From assembly GCA_964016885.1 (NCBI GenBank), contig OZ024740.1, positions 127,782,001 to 127,846,000 on the forward strand: a stretch of DNA of 64,000 nt, read 5' to 3'. The stretch's first letter is position 1. The number at the start of each line of letters is the position of its first letter. Below the pieces are notes generated by a model. It saw only the letters and a list, made by a program, of their open reading frames with translations, did not search any database and was not told where the DNA came from. The position numbers were made by a program, and so were the translations under genes. The stretch is from Eledone cirrhosa. Taxonomy: Eukaryota. This document shows, piece by piece, positions 37,312-52,249 of the stretch.

Positions 37312-37613
37312 GCCAATGGAAGCTATAGCCACAGCTAGACCTTTCAAGGCGAGCGTTGTCTTTAGCACGGCTAAGCCATAGGATACTATAGCCTCAGCTA
37401 GAGTTCCCTAGGTGAGCAGTGCTTTTAGCACGGCTAAGCCAAAGAAGCTATATATCCAGAGCTAGTACTTCCGAGGCTTTCAGTGCTTGTAGCACGGCTA
37501 AGCCAAAGCAATGTATAGCTACAGCTAGACCTTACCGAGCAGAGCGGTGTTTTTATCAGGGGTAAGACATGGAAGCTATAGCCACAGCTACAACTTCCGA
37601 ATCTAGTGGTGTT
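37312..37613. repeat. Minisatellite, about 63-bp unit x about 5
   Basis: Units start at about 37312, 37375, 37438, 37502 and 37566 and share TATAGC..CAGCTAG and TAGCACGGCTAAGCC. Confidence 0.85.
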
Positions 37614-37948
37614 TCTTATATGTTCTTCAGTTGACTAAACGAGAAACCAAAACAGAAAATCTTTTTTTTCGCATGGGTAGATTGAACTCTGAACTGTCTT
37701 TGCTAAGTAAAATTAGCAATTGTACAATTACATAAGCCAACAGTTGTTTAAAGCTTCTTAAATTTTACCTTTTGAAATCTTTACCTACATTACACTTAAA
37801 TAGAGATTTGCTTAAATATTTTACATTGGATACCATGTTCGATTAGTTTATCAATTATTAAAGACTAATATTTGGATTTATTTATTTTAATTCCATGCTT
37901 ATCTTTCCAAAAAACAAATCCTGTCTCGTTCTCTCTCTCTCCCTCCCT

Positions 37949-38055
<107 letters not shown>

Positions 38056-38209
38056 CTCGGAACCCCAACGGCTCAGGTCCTGCTGTTTCAACAGCTATAC
38101 CCCAAGTACCGAATACTCTGGTGAGTAATGGTCTATCTGTTTTTTACCGCCTCCATTCTGATTCATATATATGTATAAATATATATATATATAGAGAGAG
38201 AGTAATTAA

Positions 38210-39279
38210 GTATCGAGAGAGAGAACAAGAAGAAGAAGTCGGCGTACATGTGGTTATTTGCCAATAGCATATGCAAAGGGTGCTCAACGCTTGTGCCTGC
38301 AGTGTTAAATATTAGAAGTGTTAATATCTAGTGGGCGAGAAAATCAGCAGAGCGGATACACGTGGAGAAATATATAAAGGAGAACAAACCGTTAAAACAT
38401 GTTTATTTAAAATAGCACCTACGTACGTTTCGTCCGAAAGGGCTCTCAAGGGCATAAAAAACCCGGAATGGGTTTTTAGAAATAAGTTGACGTCACAGTT
38501 CATTCTTCGTAACAAAACATGTATTGATTTTGCAGTTGGTCAAGGGAGATAACTCTAACCGGTGTTAGAGCAGTATTCTCCAGGCGACTTTTTATCCGTT
38601 ATTACTTTGTAGTTACAGCTTTACCATTTTCAATACGCACAGGGTCAGGTATGCAACGTTATGTTCCAGATGTTTGTTTGCTGCGCCTGCTCGCCTTGGT
38701 CGATTCGTGCCGGGCCTGGGATGTATGGTTAGTTTCCGGATTTTTTTTGCAGCGCCTGCCCGCCAGGGTGTTAAAGTTTGGTGTAGGGGGATCTGGTTTA
38801 CGGCTTTCGCTCCCCATTCTTAGTCCATCTGGAGTAGGATATTTTTAAGCGGTGTGTGCAGCTTATCGTCGTTTCTGCTCTGCTGTTGATGAGCTCCTGG
38901 GGTGCCGTTATGATATGGTAAAGCTCCATGAGGCAAAGCTCGCACTTCCTCTTGAAATTGTACGGTGCTGCTCTGCTGACAATTTCTCAGTGCGTGGAGA
39001 AGCTGATGTTTGAGTATTTTAATGCTGTGATGTAGTTCGCGAACGAAGTGGAGTGTATTAGTTTCTTGTTTGCGAAACAGTGGAGATGCGTTCGAAATCT
39101 ATTTTTGAACGGGCCAGAGGTAGCCCCTATATAATGTTTAACGCTATTTTGGCTAGTTACGGTGCACCTATAAATAACCCTATCAGTCAGGCAGTTACAC
39201 CTAAGGGGCTCACTCCCCTGCCACGGCAGTTGCAATTTCGGTCGCGATCTCTTTTAGTTCCCAAGGTAAGGCTATTATT
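38210..39279 (-). mobile_element. Nematis-type PLE 3' fragment (GIY-YIG + pLTR)
   Basis: RNCNCRGRG..PL..NCLTDRVIYRC..HYIGATSGPFKNRFRTH..CELCLMELYHI. Minimal HHR at 38415-38453 lacks one core A. Confidence 0.85.
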
Positions 39280-39383
39280 ATTGCTATCTATGTTGTTACC
39301 TACGCCCCTACACCTGTCATTGGTACCATTATTACCCACCGCGTGCGGGTGTAGGGGTGTAGGTAACAACACATATAGCAATA

Positions 39384-39569
39384 ATTGTTTCTACTTTTGG
39401 CACAAGGCCAGCAATTATTCCAGTGTATCACTGGTACTTTATTTTTGCGCCCCCGTAAGGATGAAAGGCAAAGTTAACCTCGGTGGGATTTGAACTCCGA
39501 ATGGCAAGGGCCGTAACGTTATGCGTCAAAGCACGGCCTCCGACCCTCTACCGATACTGCCAATCCACC
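39384..39569 (-). mobile_element. tRNA-derived SINE copy
   Basis: Same family as 7381, with A and B boxes present. Confidence 0.88.
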
Positions 39570-39844
39570 AATAATAATAGCCTTACCTTGGGAACTAGAA
39601 GGGACCGCGACCGAAATTGCAACTGCCGTGACAGGGGACGCTGCCCCCTTAAGGGTAACCGCGGGACTGATAGGGTTATTTATAGGTGCACCGTAACTAG
39701 CCATAACAGCGTTAAACATGATATAGGGGCTACCCCTGGCTCGTTCAAAAATAGATTTCGAACACATCCAGACTCTTTCGCAAACAAGAAACTACGTAGC
39801 GAAACGTGTTTTAACGGTTTGTTCTCCTTTATATATTTCTCCAC

Positions 39845-39848
<4 letters not shown>
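39570..39848 (+). mobile_element. Inverted duplicate of the GIY-YIG fragment fused to a pLTR piece
   Basis: 39570-39793 mirrors about 39062-39279. 39805-39848 mirrors about 38357-38402. Confidence 0.8.
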
Positions 39849-40795
<947 letters not shown>

Positions 40796-41443
40796 GGACT
40801 GACATGCCTACACAGAGTTGTGTGCAAATATATCCGAATATACATATACATAATCTCCTTTCCGTTTGCATTTTAGCCTTACTTTGCAAATGGAAGCCAG
40901 TTTCCTTGGAAACCTCTCGAATCACACAATATCACTCTTACTCACTAGAACAAAATCAAAATATATACGTATCTCTACCGCCAGTAGACATAATACAGCG
41001 AACATTTGCTCAGAGATAATCGAAATAAAATGAGTAAGGTAAATACGCGAAGTGTCTAATGACGGAAATACTAAAAGATGTATCATCCTCGCCATATCCT
41101 CTCAGCATCGCATTGCAAAACGGCACTTAATATATCCTCCAGTCCAAATTGTGCTCGGGTTTTCCTATAATCCCTCCAGGGTTGAAAAAATAAACTACCA
41201 GTTCTTTTGTTTTCTTTTGTGACATGTAACTGTGAATTTGTCAGCCGAATTTAAAAGGGTCAATCAAGGACGTTTGCAGCATTTATTTGGTATTGGTGTG
41301 GTAAAAAGCAAGTGCATTTAAAACAATAATATCAACGTTTGATGTAATAGTTCACATCTCATACACTCTTAGTATTAGTAGTGACAGTAGCCTCAGCTGC
41401 CTCAGCAGCAACACCAGCAGCAGCAGTAGTTGTAGTAGTAGTT

Positions 41444-41503
<60 letters not shown>

Positions 41504-43112
41504 TAATGGTTTCTTTTGTTTAGTTATTGATATTGTTATAGTGACATGTTACAGCCAGAAAACACCACAGCTGTCATGATATGACAGCTCATTATTTTTT
41601 TAAAAGAGAAAAAATATTCCTAAAAATACACAAATCTCAGTTGACAATATCGTCCATTAATTCTTTCGTAAGATTCATGACATATCTTGTTCATTCAAAT
41701 AATGCTTCTGTGAGAAACTAAAAGTAATGATTGTTTAACCTTTTCATTTGATCATTCAAATGTTTCCTCTTACGACATTACTTCGAGAAAATATGTAAAG
41801 TTAAACTTTATTGGTCGTTATATGTAGTTCTTGTTAATCATTCAACACAAAGTCTGGCGCAATGCTCCAATATTGATAAAATGTGTATATGTCTGCACTA
41901 CAAATAAATTATTTGATGAAATGTAATTTGAGCAAGAATATTTTTTTACATTTACAATACATTTCACCAGTCAAATAACCTTCATGTACATTATGCATCG
42001 TATACTGATGCTTAACCAAAGAGCTTTCTCCCTCAAACTCCAGATCATATTGTGATTTTCAACTCTGCATTTAAAGCTAAGGAAATATTTCTTTGTTGCA
42101 GAATGTCCTCGAAGTCAAGCAAACAATATATCTATATAGCATTAATTTACACAGTAAATCATTGTACCAATGCTGCAATGTTTACGTGATATTGCCCAGG
42201 CCGTGTCCTTATATTATAAAATTGGTGGTTTGAGATCATAGCACTTAGGTTTTGCTTTAGTTTCATTGTGAAACCAGCTTCTATACGAATTAATTGCAGT
42301 AGCCCATCTGTACTAAAACGTAGAGTTTGGGCCGATCAAGGCATATTTTATCATGTACACGTACCAAAACTCCAAAAAGTGTCACCTCCTACTGATGGTC
42401 AGAGAGCAATCATTTCAAAACCAGCAGCTTCTGCAAGGGTTTTCTGCACCCCAGAGAGCATTCCCATACACCTCTCGACCATCTCTCACTAGTGTATGAA
42501 TGATTGATTATTCTTTTCATGTTTATGTTGTAGCTGGAGTCTGTTTTAAATATATACTTACATTGATCTTCAAGAAGCAAGTCACCAGAATTCATAGCCA
42601 CTTCCCTCCTAATAAGAGTCGAAACATCTGCCCAACAGATGTACTTCTGTTCTACAACCAACTACACACCACCACCCACATTTCTAATTCTTTCGCTAAT
42701 CAATTCCATACATTACTGCGAATTGAAGAAGCACAGAGCCTAACAATATTCAAGTCAAAATTCACTAGATAATATGAATAAATTAACCCCAAATACGCAC
42801 ATACATGCACAGCTGCAAATAGTAAATTACAGCCCGGAGCTTCTTTCAAAACAAGTCTTACTAAATCATCCAAATACTTACATACACACATACACTTTAT
42901 AACAATATGATAACAATTGCTTGAGAATCTACACACTTCGCGTTAAATGTCATAAGGACTAAGCCAGGACTCTAATCAGAGACAACACTACGCCCAACCA
43001 CAAACATTAAACACACGCAAATACATACATACTCAAGTACGGACGTACATACATACAAACACATACACGCACACAGACAAACACACACACAGACACACAC
43101 ACACACACACAT

Positions 43113-43211
<99 letters not shown>

Positions 43212-43250
43212 CAAAACTCACACAGACACACAGAAGCACACACGCACACA

Positions 43251-43298
<48 letters not shown>

Positions 43299-43357
43299 AA
43301 TACAGAGAGAGGGCGAGGTATGTATTTAAAACTATATATATATATATATATACATGG

Positions 43358-43590
43358 AAAGTTATATTTAAATTGTTGGGTTACAACGAGTAAATATTTA
43401 TAACTGATATAAAAGCACTCAACAAGTATTTGGAGTATATTTACGATATTAAATAAATGGAAATTATATTTATAAAACCATATTTATTTCATTATATATA
43501 TTTCAGGGATATCATATTAAAAATATGTTATGCCTTCTTCAGACAAAATACAATATAGACAGTCTTATAAATAAATAGATTCGACATACC
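43358..43590 (-). mobile_element. Solo pLTR of the 35.7-kb family with hammerhead (43485-43550)
   Basis: Colinear with about 35606-35840. HHR UAUUUUGU-CUGAAGA-AGG..CCU-GAAA-UAUAUA-UA-AUGAAAUA. Confidence 0.82.
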
Positions 43591-44117
43591 TTTCAACATC
43601 GACTTGCATTTGAAAAGTTGATTTGGCAGTCAAATATATATATATAAATATGCGCATATATAGATGTTTGTGTGTATCTGTGTTATGCATTAAAACATCT
43701 GTAAACATGTCTGGATGACTATAAAGGCGGCAACAGGAGACAAATGACTAATGTTGAGAAGTATTTTAGAATGTGTTGAAAATGATTTTTAAAATATGTG
43801 TTGAAATTTCATTATATGTGTTGGAGTACATTGAGTCCTGGAATAGGAATCGCTTAAATTAACTAAACATGGAATAATGAACACGACGTACACATTTACA
43901 GTTATAGAAGCCTATTGGGAAAAAACCCATTTCGAAAATATGAAGTTAAATTGAATTAGATTTAATCAATCGCAGCCTGTAAGGAATTATTGTGATCGAT
44001 ACGAACAGGCTACATATTCATATGTGTGTTTGTGTGTGATTATGTTTTTCTGTGTCTTAGTGTAGTTCCTGGACACATATGTAGCTCGCAAGATACACCG
44101 TAATATACCTAATAGGA

Positions 44118-44207
<90 letters not shown>

Positions 44208-45549
44208 TTATATGCGTGTATATATACAAGTGCACACACATCCTCTCTGTATACGTTTGAATTTATATAATTGTGAATACTTGTGTATGTTTCTGTGAGT
44301 GTGTGTGCATGTGTGCATGTCTGTGTATGCGTACGCGAGCGCATGCGCGAGTTATGACCATGAGCTTGCGAGAATGTGAGCAATATGTGTGGGTGCGTAA
44401 TTTGTTTGGTTTGATGCATGCTGCGTAAAATTTGCTGAGCTGATGAGTAGTGAAACCAACAAAGTTATTTTTAGTTCCTTTCTAGTCGTTTACATTAAAA
44501 TTATAAATAATTTGTAGCGAATGATTTTTGTTTTCCTCTATATATGTATTTACAGTAAAATTTGTGCTGAAGTCATTGAGTCGAGACTGTTATATCTCTT
44601 ACACTAACGATCGGCTTGTTCATTTATTTCAAATATATTTTATATTTATTTTCATTTTCATTTTAACTTTGTATATTTTGTATATTTTTATTTATTGGAT
44701 GATATATTAGTTATTCATATATTTTTAGCGAAGTAGTAGGAGTTAGATTTGTCGCCATTTGATCGAAATTAGCAAACACTTCACAAATCTGTCAGATTCC
44801 AGCACACTATTTCAGAATATCTAATTAACGGTTATTAAGGAAAAACACAAAACAGTTTTTCGATTTAAACATCATAACATCATATGATTTCTGTTACGAT
44901 ATTCATCACGATTATTCTTTCCAAACGGCACATGTACACACACATACACAGATGAACAAACGTATGCGTGTGTACGGATATCTACATATAATTTTATATA
45001 TATACATATATATATATATATTAAATTTATGCGTATGCGTGTGTACGGATATGTACATATAATTTTATATATATACATATATATATATATATTAAATTTG
45101 CGTTGCAAAAGGAGAGGGCGAAACCCGTAGCACAAATGAACTAAAGTAGCCACTTCTACGTCAACCATGCCAATTTTGTGCATAACGTGAAAATGAATAA
45201 TATTAAGCGCACCTTGTGCAACGTCGTGATGATATCGCCGAAACGATGCGTTTGAGACAACACAGCAACATAAAGACAGGAAAAACAATGAAGTGTCTTT
45301 TAACTAGGATAGCAAAGGGAGTGTTACAAAGTAAAATAAAACTTCTATGATTATGACTAACAGAACAGGGTACAAAGACACAAACACCCATGCACACACA
45401 CATACACACACAGACACATACACACATACACATACACACACGCGCGCGCGCACGCACGCAAATATATATATATATATATAAATATATTGGAATCCTATTT
45501 TTAGCCATAATCAATCTGGTAAAAGAACTGCAAAAAAGCATTCTAGCCT

Positions 45550-46600
45550 TCACCGCACACCACCCTCCACTACCATTTCACTGCACAAACTGCCATTGCT
45601 GCCATTAATAATCAAACCCCGCAAACAATCAGAATCAGCCGCCATATAAACCTCAACACTTTTGCTTAATGCTCAAGGGATCGGAGCTTCCACCAATACT
45701 CAAATATGGAAGATCCAAGTTTTTGAGGATTGTTGATGATTGGGTTGATGACCATCCTAACGATATCCCTTTTTTCGTCTTCACTTAGACCCATCTCAAT
45801 CCCCTCCACTTGGAAACTGAGGTGAAAGTGAAGATTTCAAAGCTATCCGTGCAGATCGTGCTCGCAGAAGTAAAGGGTGGGACTGCCATTATTGTACACT
45901 ATTTTTTTTTTTACAGAGGCTAAAAAAATATTTTCCAATGCATACTGTGATGCAGTTACTGTGTACTGTAAAATCAACAACTTAATAGTAGTTGGACTTT
46001 ATAAGCCACCCCAGACGCCTCTACCATGCTTCCAGAAAAGCCTCAACAGCATAAAGTGTTTCATTCAACAGTATCATCCTAGCAATATATTAATGATAGG
46101 GAACTTCAACCTCTCCGTTATTGACTGGTCGCCAAACAGCTTGATACCACGTTTTCCGCCTCAACGCCTGACAAGGAAGCAGTAGGATCGATTCTTGCTT
46201 TCATGGATGACTTTTTCCTGTCCTAACTTGTGTGCGACAAAACATCATGGACCTAATGTTCAGTAACCACACTGACACTATCCATAATATTGCAGTGGAA
46301 AAACTCTACTCTCAGACCATGACAGTATCTGCATTATGTGGAAAATATTCCATTAGCATTGCCCGAAGGGTGTTAGATTTCTTTAAAGTACACCCAAGGA
46401 TTGGGCCCCATGCTATCCACAAACAACGAAAATCAAACTCGCATCTCATAAAAACAATACGGCACAATTATTTCACCTAAATTGGCCCCATTAAAACAGA
46501 AACAAACCCCATAAAGTTCATAAAGTCTTTGGACAAATTCCGTCAAGAAATCCCGGATATGTCTCCGTAAACAATAAGTTTCTACTTGAGTGGGCCATAG
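45550..46600 (+). mobile_element. Decayed CR1-like LINE (APE remnant joined to ORF2 C-terminus; RT apparently deleted)
   Basis: LLNAQG, RADRARRSKG, VGLYKPP, IGNFNLSVIDW, NIMDLMFSN, SDH, then KTIRHNYFT..KSLDKF..IPD. Confidence 0.6.
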
Positions 46601-47150
46601 TGTCCAAATCCTGATTTTAAAGACTTCGGCAGGTGGTGCTATTATGATGCCATCATCATCGCCGCCGCCGCCACTATCGACACAAATATTCAATTTATTT
46701 CAATAGAAAGTCTGAATTTTGACACCTCAGCATCACATCAGCTATAATCACTCAATCAGCACTATTTCTCCCCCTCCCATTTATTGACCATTATCATTTG
46801 TTTATCACAAAACCTTTTGACAAACCATCTTTTTCTGGCACCTTTATTATATGGCCAATCATGTGACAAACTGACGCAAAATTTGATGTAATTATTCACG
46901 TCACTTTCATCGACCGACGAAATTAACCTTTAAAATAACCAACAATTTAAGCCACATTTTTTAAAGGCAAATACAATAAGAACTTTGGAACACGAACTGG
47001 CGCGATATTTATTGAACTTATTCAGGTGTGAGTCATCAACCAACCAAATTACTTTTTAAAAGCCCCAGCGAATTCGAGCCATATAAAACAGAAAGAAATT
47101 TCGAACATGAACCAGATGCGAGACAAACCACAAACCCTCCATCTCAATTT

Positions 47151-47190
47151 TACATTTGAAAAGCAGAAGAACTGTGAAACCGTTAAAGGA
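47151..47190 (+). ncRNA. Decayed minimal hammerhead, U3-A8 core
   Basis: UUGAAAA-GCAG AAGAA CUGU-GAAA-CCGU-UA with eroded stem I. Followed by AATAAA and a perfect 25-bp-arm hairpin at 47225-47278. Confidence 0.5.
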
Positions 47191-47571
47191 AATAAATAAA
47201 TTTTCTTAAAAAGACTCCAGTTGCATTTTCGATTTTATTTCCTTATATACATATATATAAGGAAATAAAATCGAAAATATATATACATATATTTATGATG
47301 ATGAAATATATGGAGAATAGAAATGGCTGTGTAGTTGCTATTTAAGGTAATCTAAAATGAAAACAGTAATAAAACAGCGAAAAAAACAACAAACCTAGCA
47401 ATATGCGAGCAACTATAGGTAGGAAATCGAAGACCACTCGATAAGAGAACTTAAGTTCAAGAGTGAGTGGTCGAGAGGAAGGAGAGAGACACACGTCAGA
47501 TCGCCGCAGTTGTAAGTGAGAAGAGAACTGCTAAACGGTCAGGCGAGGGGATGAAAGTGAGAGGGAGAAAG

Positions 47572-47604
<33 letters not shown>

Positions 47605-47646
47605 ACTTCACCTTCTCTCTCTATCTCTCTCTATGTATACATACAC

Positions 47647-47739
<93 letters not shown>

Positions 47740-47891
47740 TGTTTTGAAATATTTGAAATGTTTGGGTAACGAAAGATGTGGGTTCGACTCCCATGTACAT
47801 CAATACTCATCTTTTTCCATTTCTCTGAGGGTTCTAAACCCCACTATCAGGCCAAAAGTGTCTTTAGTCAAAAATACAGTGAAAGCTTCTA

Positions 47892-47936
<45 letters not shown>

Positions 47937-48405
47937 CTCGCGTCACTCTTGAGTGTTAATAGTAACATGTAACCCAGTACAAGCTGTCGCATGGTCGGGT
48001 TGTCGGCGACTAAACCGTCACCACCTATTTTACTTTGTGAGGAGGGTGATTTTGGACACTGTGCAGGACAAAAAACAAATCCTGACAAAGGGCGGAAGAA
48101 CTCATAAGAGTCAACGGCCATCCGAAATTCTGTAAATATATATATAGACATGTACCGCCCGGTTAAACCACTGGGAACTAAGGGCACCTAGCTTTTGTCA
48201 GGGTATTCTTCTCGGAGAAGGCAACTCATGAAACTGGGATAACTTCGATATAAAACCTGCGTCTCAGTAGCTACCTATGATTATGATCTTTTCTTCTTTT
48301 CTGGTTATAGCTACTGTCGCACAGATGCGGGATTGGCTCAGTGCACAGTCGTTCCTCAATTTAAACTATATCTTCACGCACAGGCATTGCATGATGGAAT
48401 TAATT

Positions 48406-48587
48406 AATTGTTTCTACTTTAGGCACAAGGCCAGCAATTACCCAGTGCATTACTGGTACTTTATTTTATCGTAAGGATGAAAGGCAAAGTCAACCTCGGC
48501 GGGATTTGAACTCAGATCGTAAAGGGACGTAACTATGCTGGAAAGCATGGCGTCCGACCCTCTACCGATAGTGCCAATCCACCGCCC
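48406..48587 (-). mobile_element. Full-length tRNA-derived SINE with target-site duplication
   Basis: 5' GGGCGGTGGATTGGCACTATCGG (A-box) and GAGTTCAAATCC (B-box). TSD ATGATGGAATTAATTAAT (48391-48408) / ATGATAGAATTAATTAAT (48589-48606). Confidence 0.9.
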
Positions 48588-49520
48588 AATGATAGAATTA
48601 ATTAATAATTATTAATAATGGTATATCGTGCAATGGCCATACTCGATAACAAGGGGGCAGCCATGATATATATACATATGTATATTAATATGGATTGAGA
48701 GAGACGAGGCTGTGTGGTTGCTGATAACGAGTGTAAGAAAGTTAGGGGACACAAACAAGAGATGGACATTTTTCCCTTCATAAATTGTCTACTACGGGTC
48801 ACGAATGTTTCAGCGCATCATAGAAAATACATTTATCCGTAGCGCGCTCTTAGCTTGTTATCCATCAAAAAGCCATGAGGTAAAGAATTGATATGGAAGA
48901 AAGAGAAAAAAAAGGAAGAAAAAAGGGGGAGAAAAAAAAGAAAATAGGAAAAAAACATACCAAAAGAATTGGGAGCACAACACAGTGGCACATGTAAGTG
49001 TGTAACCAAGAGTAAAATAGGACGGAGTTAAAAGGAACCGTTGGGTTTAATCACAGGTACCATATTAACAGTGGAGCTGACATAAACACGTCTATTCTCA
49101 ATGAAAGAGGGCACAGAGAGAGAGAAAGACGGAGGAAACAGGAAAGAGGGGGTGGTAGAAAGGCAGATGGGGTGAATAAGAGGGAGAGAGGGAGAGAGGG
49201 AGGAGAATGGAAAGGGAGTTAACCCAAAAGGTTTGCGCGACGTAAGTCACCCGGGTATAACGAACAAGCGAGATAGGTAGAGAAAAGGGGAGGGACAGAG
49301 ATAGAGAGAGAAAGAGTGAGAGAGAGAGATGGGTGGGGAGAGATAGAGGAGGGAGAGAAAGCTGGTAAGGCTAAGGTGAACCCTAAGAGAGAAAGAAAGA
49401 AAACTACAAACAAAAATGCGAATATTCGCCCTAAATATGTATGTAAAAACAAAAATTGTTTTCTCTATGTTCTTATTATTCTCATTAATATGCAATTTAA
49501 CTTAATTATACACTTCCATC

Positions 49521-49551
49521 GTTGAAAAAGCTTATAAGCTGAAACCGGTAC
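49521..49551 (+). ncRNA. Minimal hammerhead core, U3-A8 variant, weak stem I
   Basis: UUGAAAA-AGCU UAUA AGCU-GAAA-CCGG-UA. Palindromic ACCGGU stem III. Confidence 0.6.
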
Positions 49552-49721
49552 ACTTAAATGCGGAAATCCCTATTTTGTAAATAAGTGTTTTGATGTTATT
49601 CTGAGAGAAAATCCCTTTAGCATTTTCTACAGTTTTTTTTTCCGTTTTTACAATTTTCTTTATATATATGTAAACTCGTGTGTCACTTCTCTACATTCCA
49701 TAAATATATATATATATATAT

Positions 49722-52040
49722 GTTGGTTTAGTAATATTAAGGATAGGGATGAATCAAAATTTATCCAATTCGACATAAACGACTACTACTCTTCCATATC
49801 ACCCGATACCCTGCATAAGACCCTAATGTTTTCCAGAGAGAATTCTGACCTAACCGACGCGGAAATAGGCATCATCCTTGAGGCCAGAAAAACCATAATT
49901 AAGTTCGATGATAGCTACTTGGTGCGCAAAGATCGACCATCTTTCTTTGATATCACGATGGGCTCAAACGATTCGGCCGAAGTCACAGACGTAGTGGGCA
50001 TCTTCATCGCTCAAGCACTAGAGAAAAAATTCCGCAATCTACAAGGGGGTATCTACCGCGACGATGCGCTCCTTTTAGCTAAACACCTAAACAACCAGAA
50101 AATAGAAAGATTACGTAAGCAAGTTAGCAAATTTTTAAACGGTCTTGGTTTTAGCATTACTTTTGAGTACAACCTGACTGAAACAAATTTCTTGGATGTA
50201 ACATTTAATCTAGAGACGAGGGAAATCCACCCATTCCATAAATCTAATGAAAATATTATGTATGTTGACCATAAATCTAATCATCCACCCTCGGTTATAC
50301 GGTCTATCCCTCGGGCCATCTCCCTTAGAATATCACGCCTGTCATCTACCCCCAGGTCTTTAGTGAGCACGCTTACTATTATAACAACGCGCTTAAGGCG
50401 GCTGGATACCAAGACAAAATAGAGTACATAGATCCAGCACACCAATATAGAAATAAAGGCTCACAACGCACTAGCATAAACAATAATATAGGTACGATAC
50501 ACAACATACACTTTCCGCACAGGCATAGTCGAAATAGAAGCACACAACCCAACCTAGCTAGAAAGCGGAATCGTAGCTACCTTTGGTACAACCCAATATA
50601 CAATGCCTCAACATCTCCTAAAATTTCTTCACTTTTCTTCAATTTAATCAAAACACATTTTCCTCCTACACATCGATACGCTAAAATACTAAATCTAAGG
50701 TCCATTAAGCTTTCATATTCTACAGCACCCAATCTCGATCTAATTATTAAAAAACTTAACTCCAAACGATTAGTCAGCACATCCACACGAAGCACCCCAA
50801 ACTACATTAACACTTCCTCAAATTCTCAACCACTGAATATAAACCCTCCTGCAGCAGACACACATATAAACCTAACGCAACCTGTACAAGATAATAATAC
50901 TACAAGAGCTGATGAGTGCAACTGCAACCTACCTGATCGTTGCCCTCTGAATAACAAATGCATGGAATCCAATATGGTGTATCAATGCACCGTTGAATCG
51001 GATAACCGGAGATGGCACTATATCGGCTGTACCTCTACCACTTTTAAATCTCGTTGGTACCAACACCGTAGTTCGATGAAGAACATCAAATACCGTTCCG
51101 TAACTACCTTAGCCAATACAATTTGGCAGTTGCGCGAATGTAACCTCCAATACACTTTGAAATGCACAAAACTCTCTAGTGCTTCCGCATATCGTGCAGG
51201 CCAGCCTTACTGCCGATTATGCAATATGGAGCTATTTTACATACTAAAATCGAATTATACACTTCTCAACAACAGAACGGAAAGGACTCTATATTGCAAT
51301 CATAGACACAAGGCTACGTTCTCGAAATACAAACCTGGCTTGATTTGATCCTGCGACTTCTGCTTTCCTCTATCTTCCTTCTACCTCCTCTATCTGTGCC
51401 CATGGATTATTGCTATGCCTTCTATTGACCACATATCCCCTATTCAACATATCCTCCTACATACTTTACAAGTCACTCGGCCTAATCTCCCCTGCCTCCA
51501 TCTATCATAGATCATAAACCTATCAAGGTCTACCATCTCCCTAGCACACACACAGTTGGACTAGTCCATATCTAGATTTCATTATCGTATTTTATCCTCC
51601 CCTCTGTTTTACATCAACAACCATGAAAAAAAACCCTATCTCTCTCGTCTTTGTCACATCTTCCTTCTTCTCTACTTGAACTTCACATGAATTCCTATAA
51701 AAACCTGAACATTCTGGTACGGTAAATATAATCTCTGATGATATGGAATCGATTGTGCATTGGATGTCGAATGTTCTACTAACTATATAATATTATAGAT
51801 GCAGCGAGATCTAGGCAAATTGATGTCTATTGAAACGTACGTTAGAACCGAATAAATCTCTTTTACTACATCTTTCTGTTCTTTTTGATTCTTTATACAC
51901 GCCCCGGAGTATAGCTAAACTGGAATATACACCTATTTTCTGCATTTCGTTGAGCACCACTCTGTTGTAAGCTGACCTTCCCCTACACGGTACATAACAC
52001 TGTGTCCTGGAAAACCTTAATGCACTCGTGCATAACCAAT
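49722..52040 (+). mobile_element. 5'-truncated Nematis-type PLE between (TA)n tracts
   Basis: FIQFDINDYY, FDITMGSNDSAEV, GIYRDDAL, NFLDVTF, SNHPP, WYNP, KLSYSTAPN, CNC..CPLNNKC, YIGCT..FKSRWYQH and C..C..E..LLNNR..CNHRH, stop at 51348. Frameshift near 50352. 3' pLTR carries an HHR. Confidence 0.93.
51720..51850 (+). ncRNA. Type-I hammerhead with an about 90-nt stem II hairpin
   Basis: UCU-CUGAUGA (51735), long imperfect hairpin 51742-51831, GAAA-CGUACG-UU-AGA, distal stem I CGGU/ACCG. AATAAA follows immediately. Confidence 0.78.
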
Positions 52041-52071
<31 letters not shown>

Positions 52072-52249
52072 AAATATATATATATATTTATATATATACG
52101 TAAGTATATATTTATATATATACATAAGTATATATATATTTGTATATATATGTATATTTATATGTATATATATATATATTTATATATATATATACTTATA
52201 TATACATATACATATATATACATATACATATATATACATATATATATAC

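Noticed and set aside
37312-37613. CRISPR-like look (recurring TAGCACGGCTAAGCC with variable intervals)
   Set aside because: The intervening segments are homologous to each other, the context is eukaryotic and there are no cas genes. It is a minisatellite.
42268-42772. Faint RT-like words (PKLQK..AIIS; SLTIFKSK)
   Set aside because: Too degenerate to assign to a family.
44440-44460. CTGATGA..GAAAC hammerhead-like words (CTGATG also at about 18873 and 19328)
   Set aside because: No stems I, II or III could be formed.
47775-47801. GGTTCGACTCC B-box/T-arm-like hairpin suggesting a tRNA
   Set aside because: No cloverleaf or convincing A-box. At most a SINE remnant.
48795-48860. Minus-strand GCGC..GCGCUGAAAC hairpin resembling a decayed hammerhead (similar case at about 22448-22512)
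   Set aside because: The core and stem I are too eroded to support a call.
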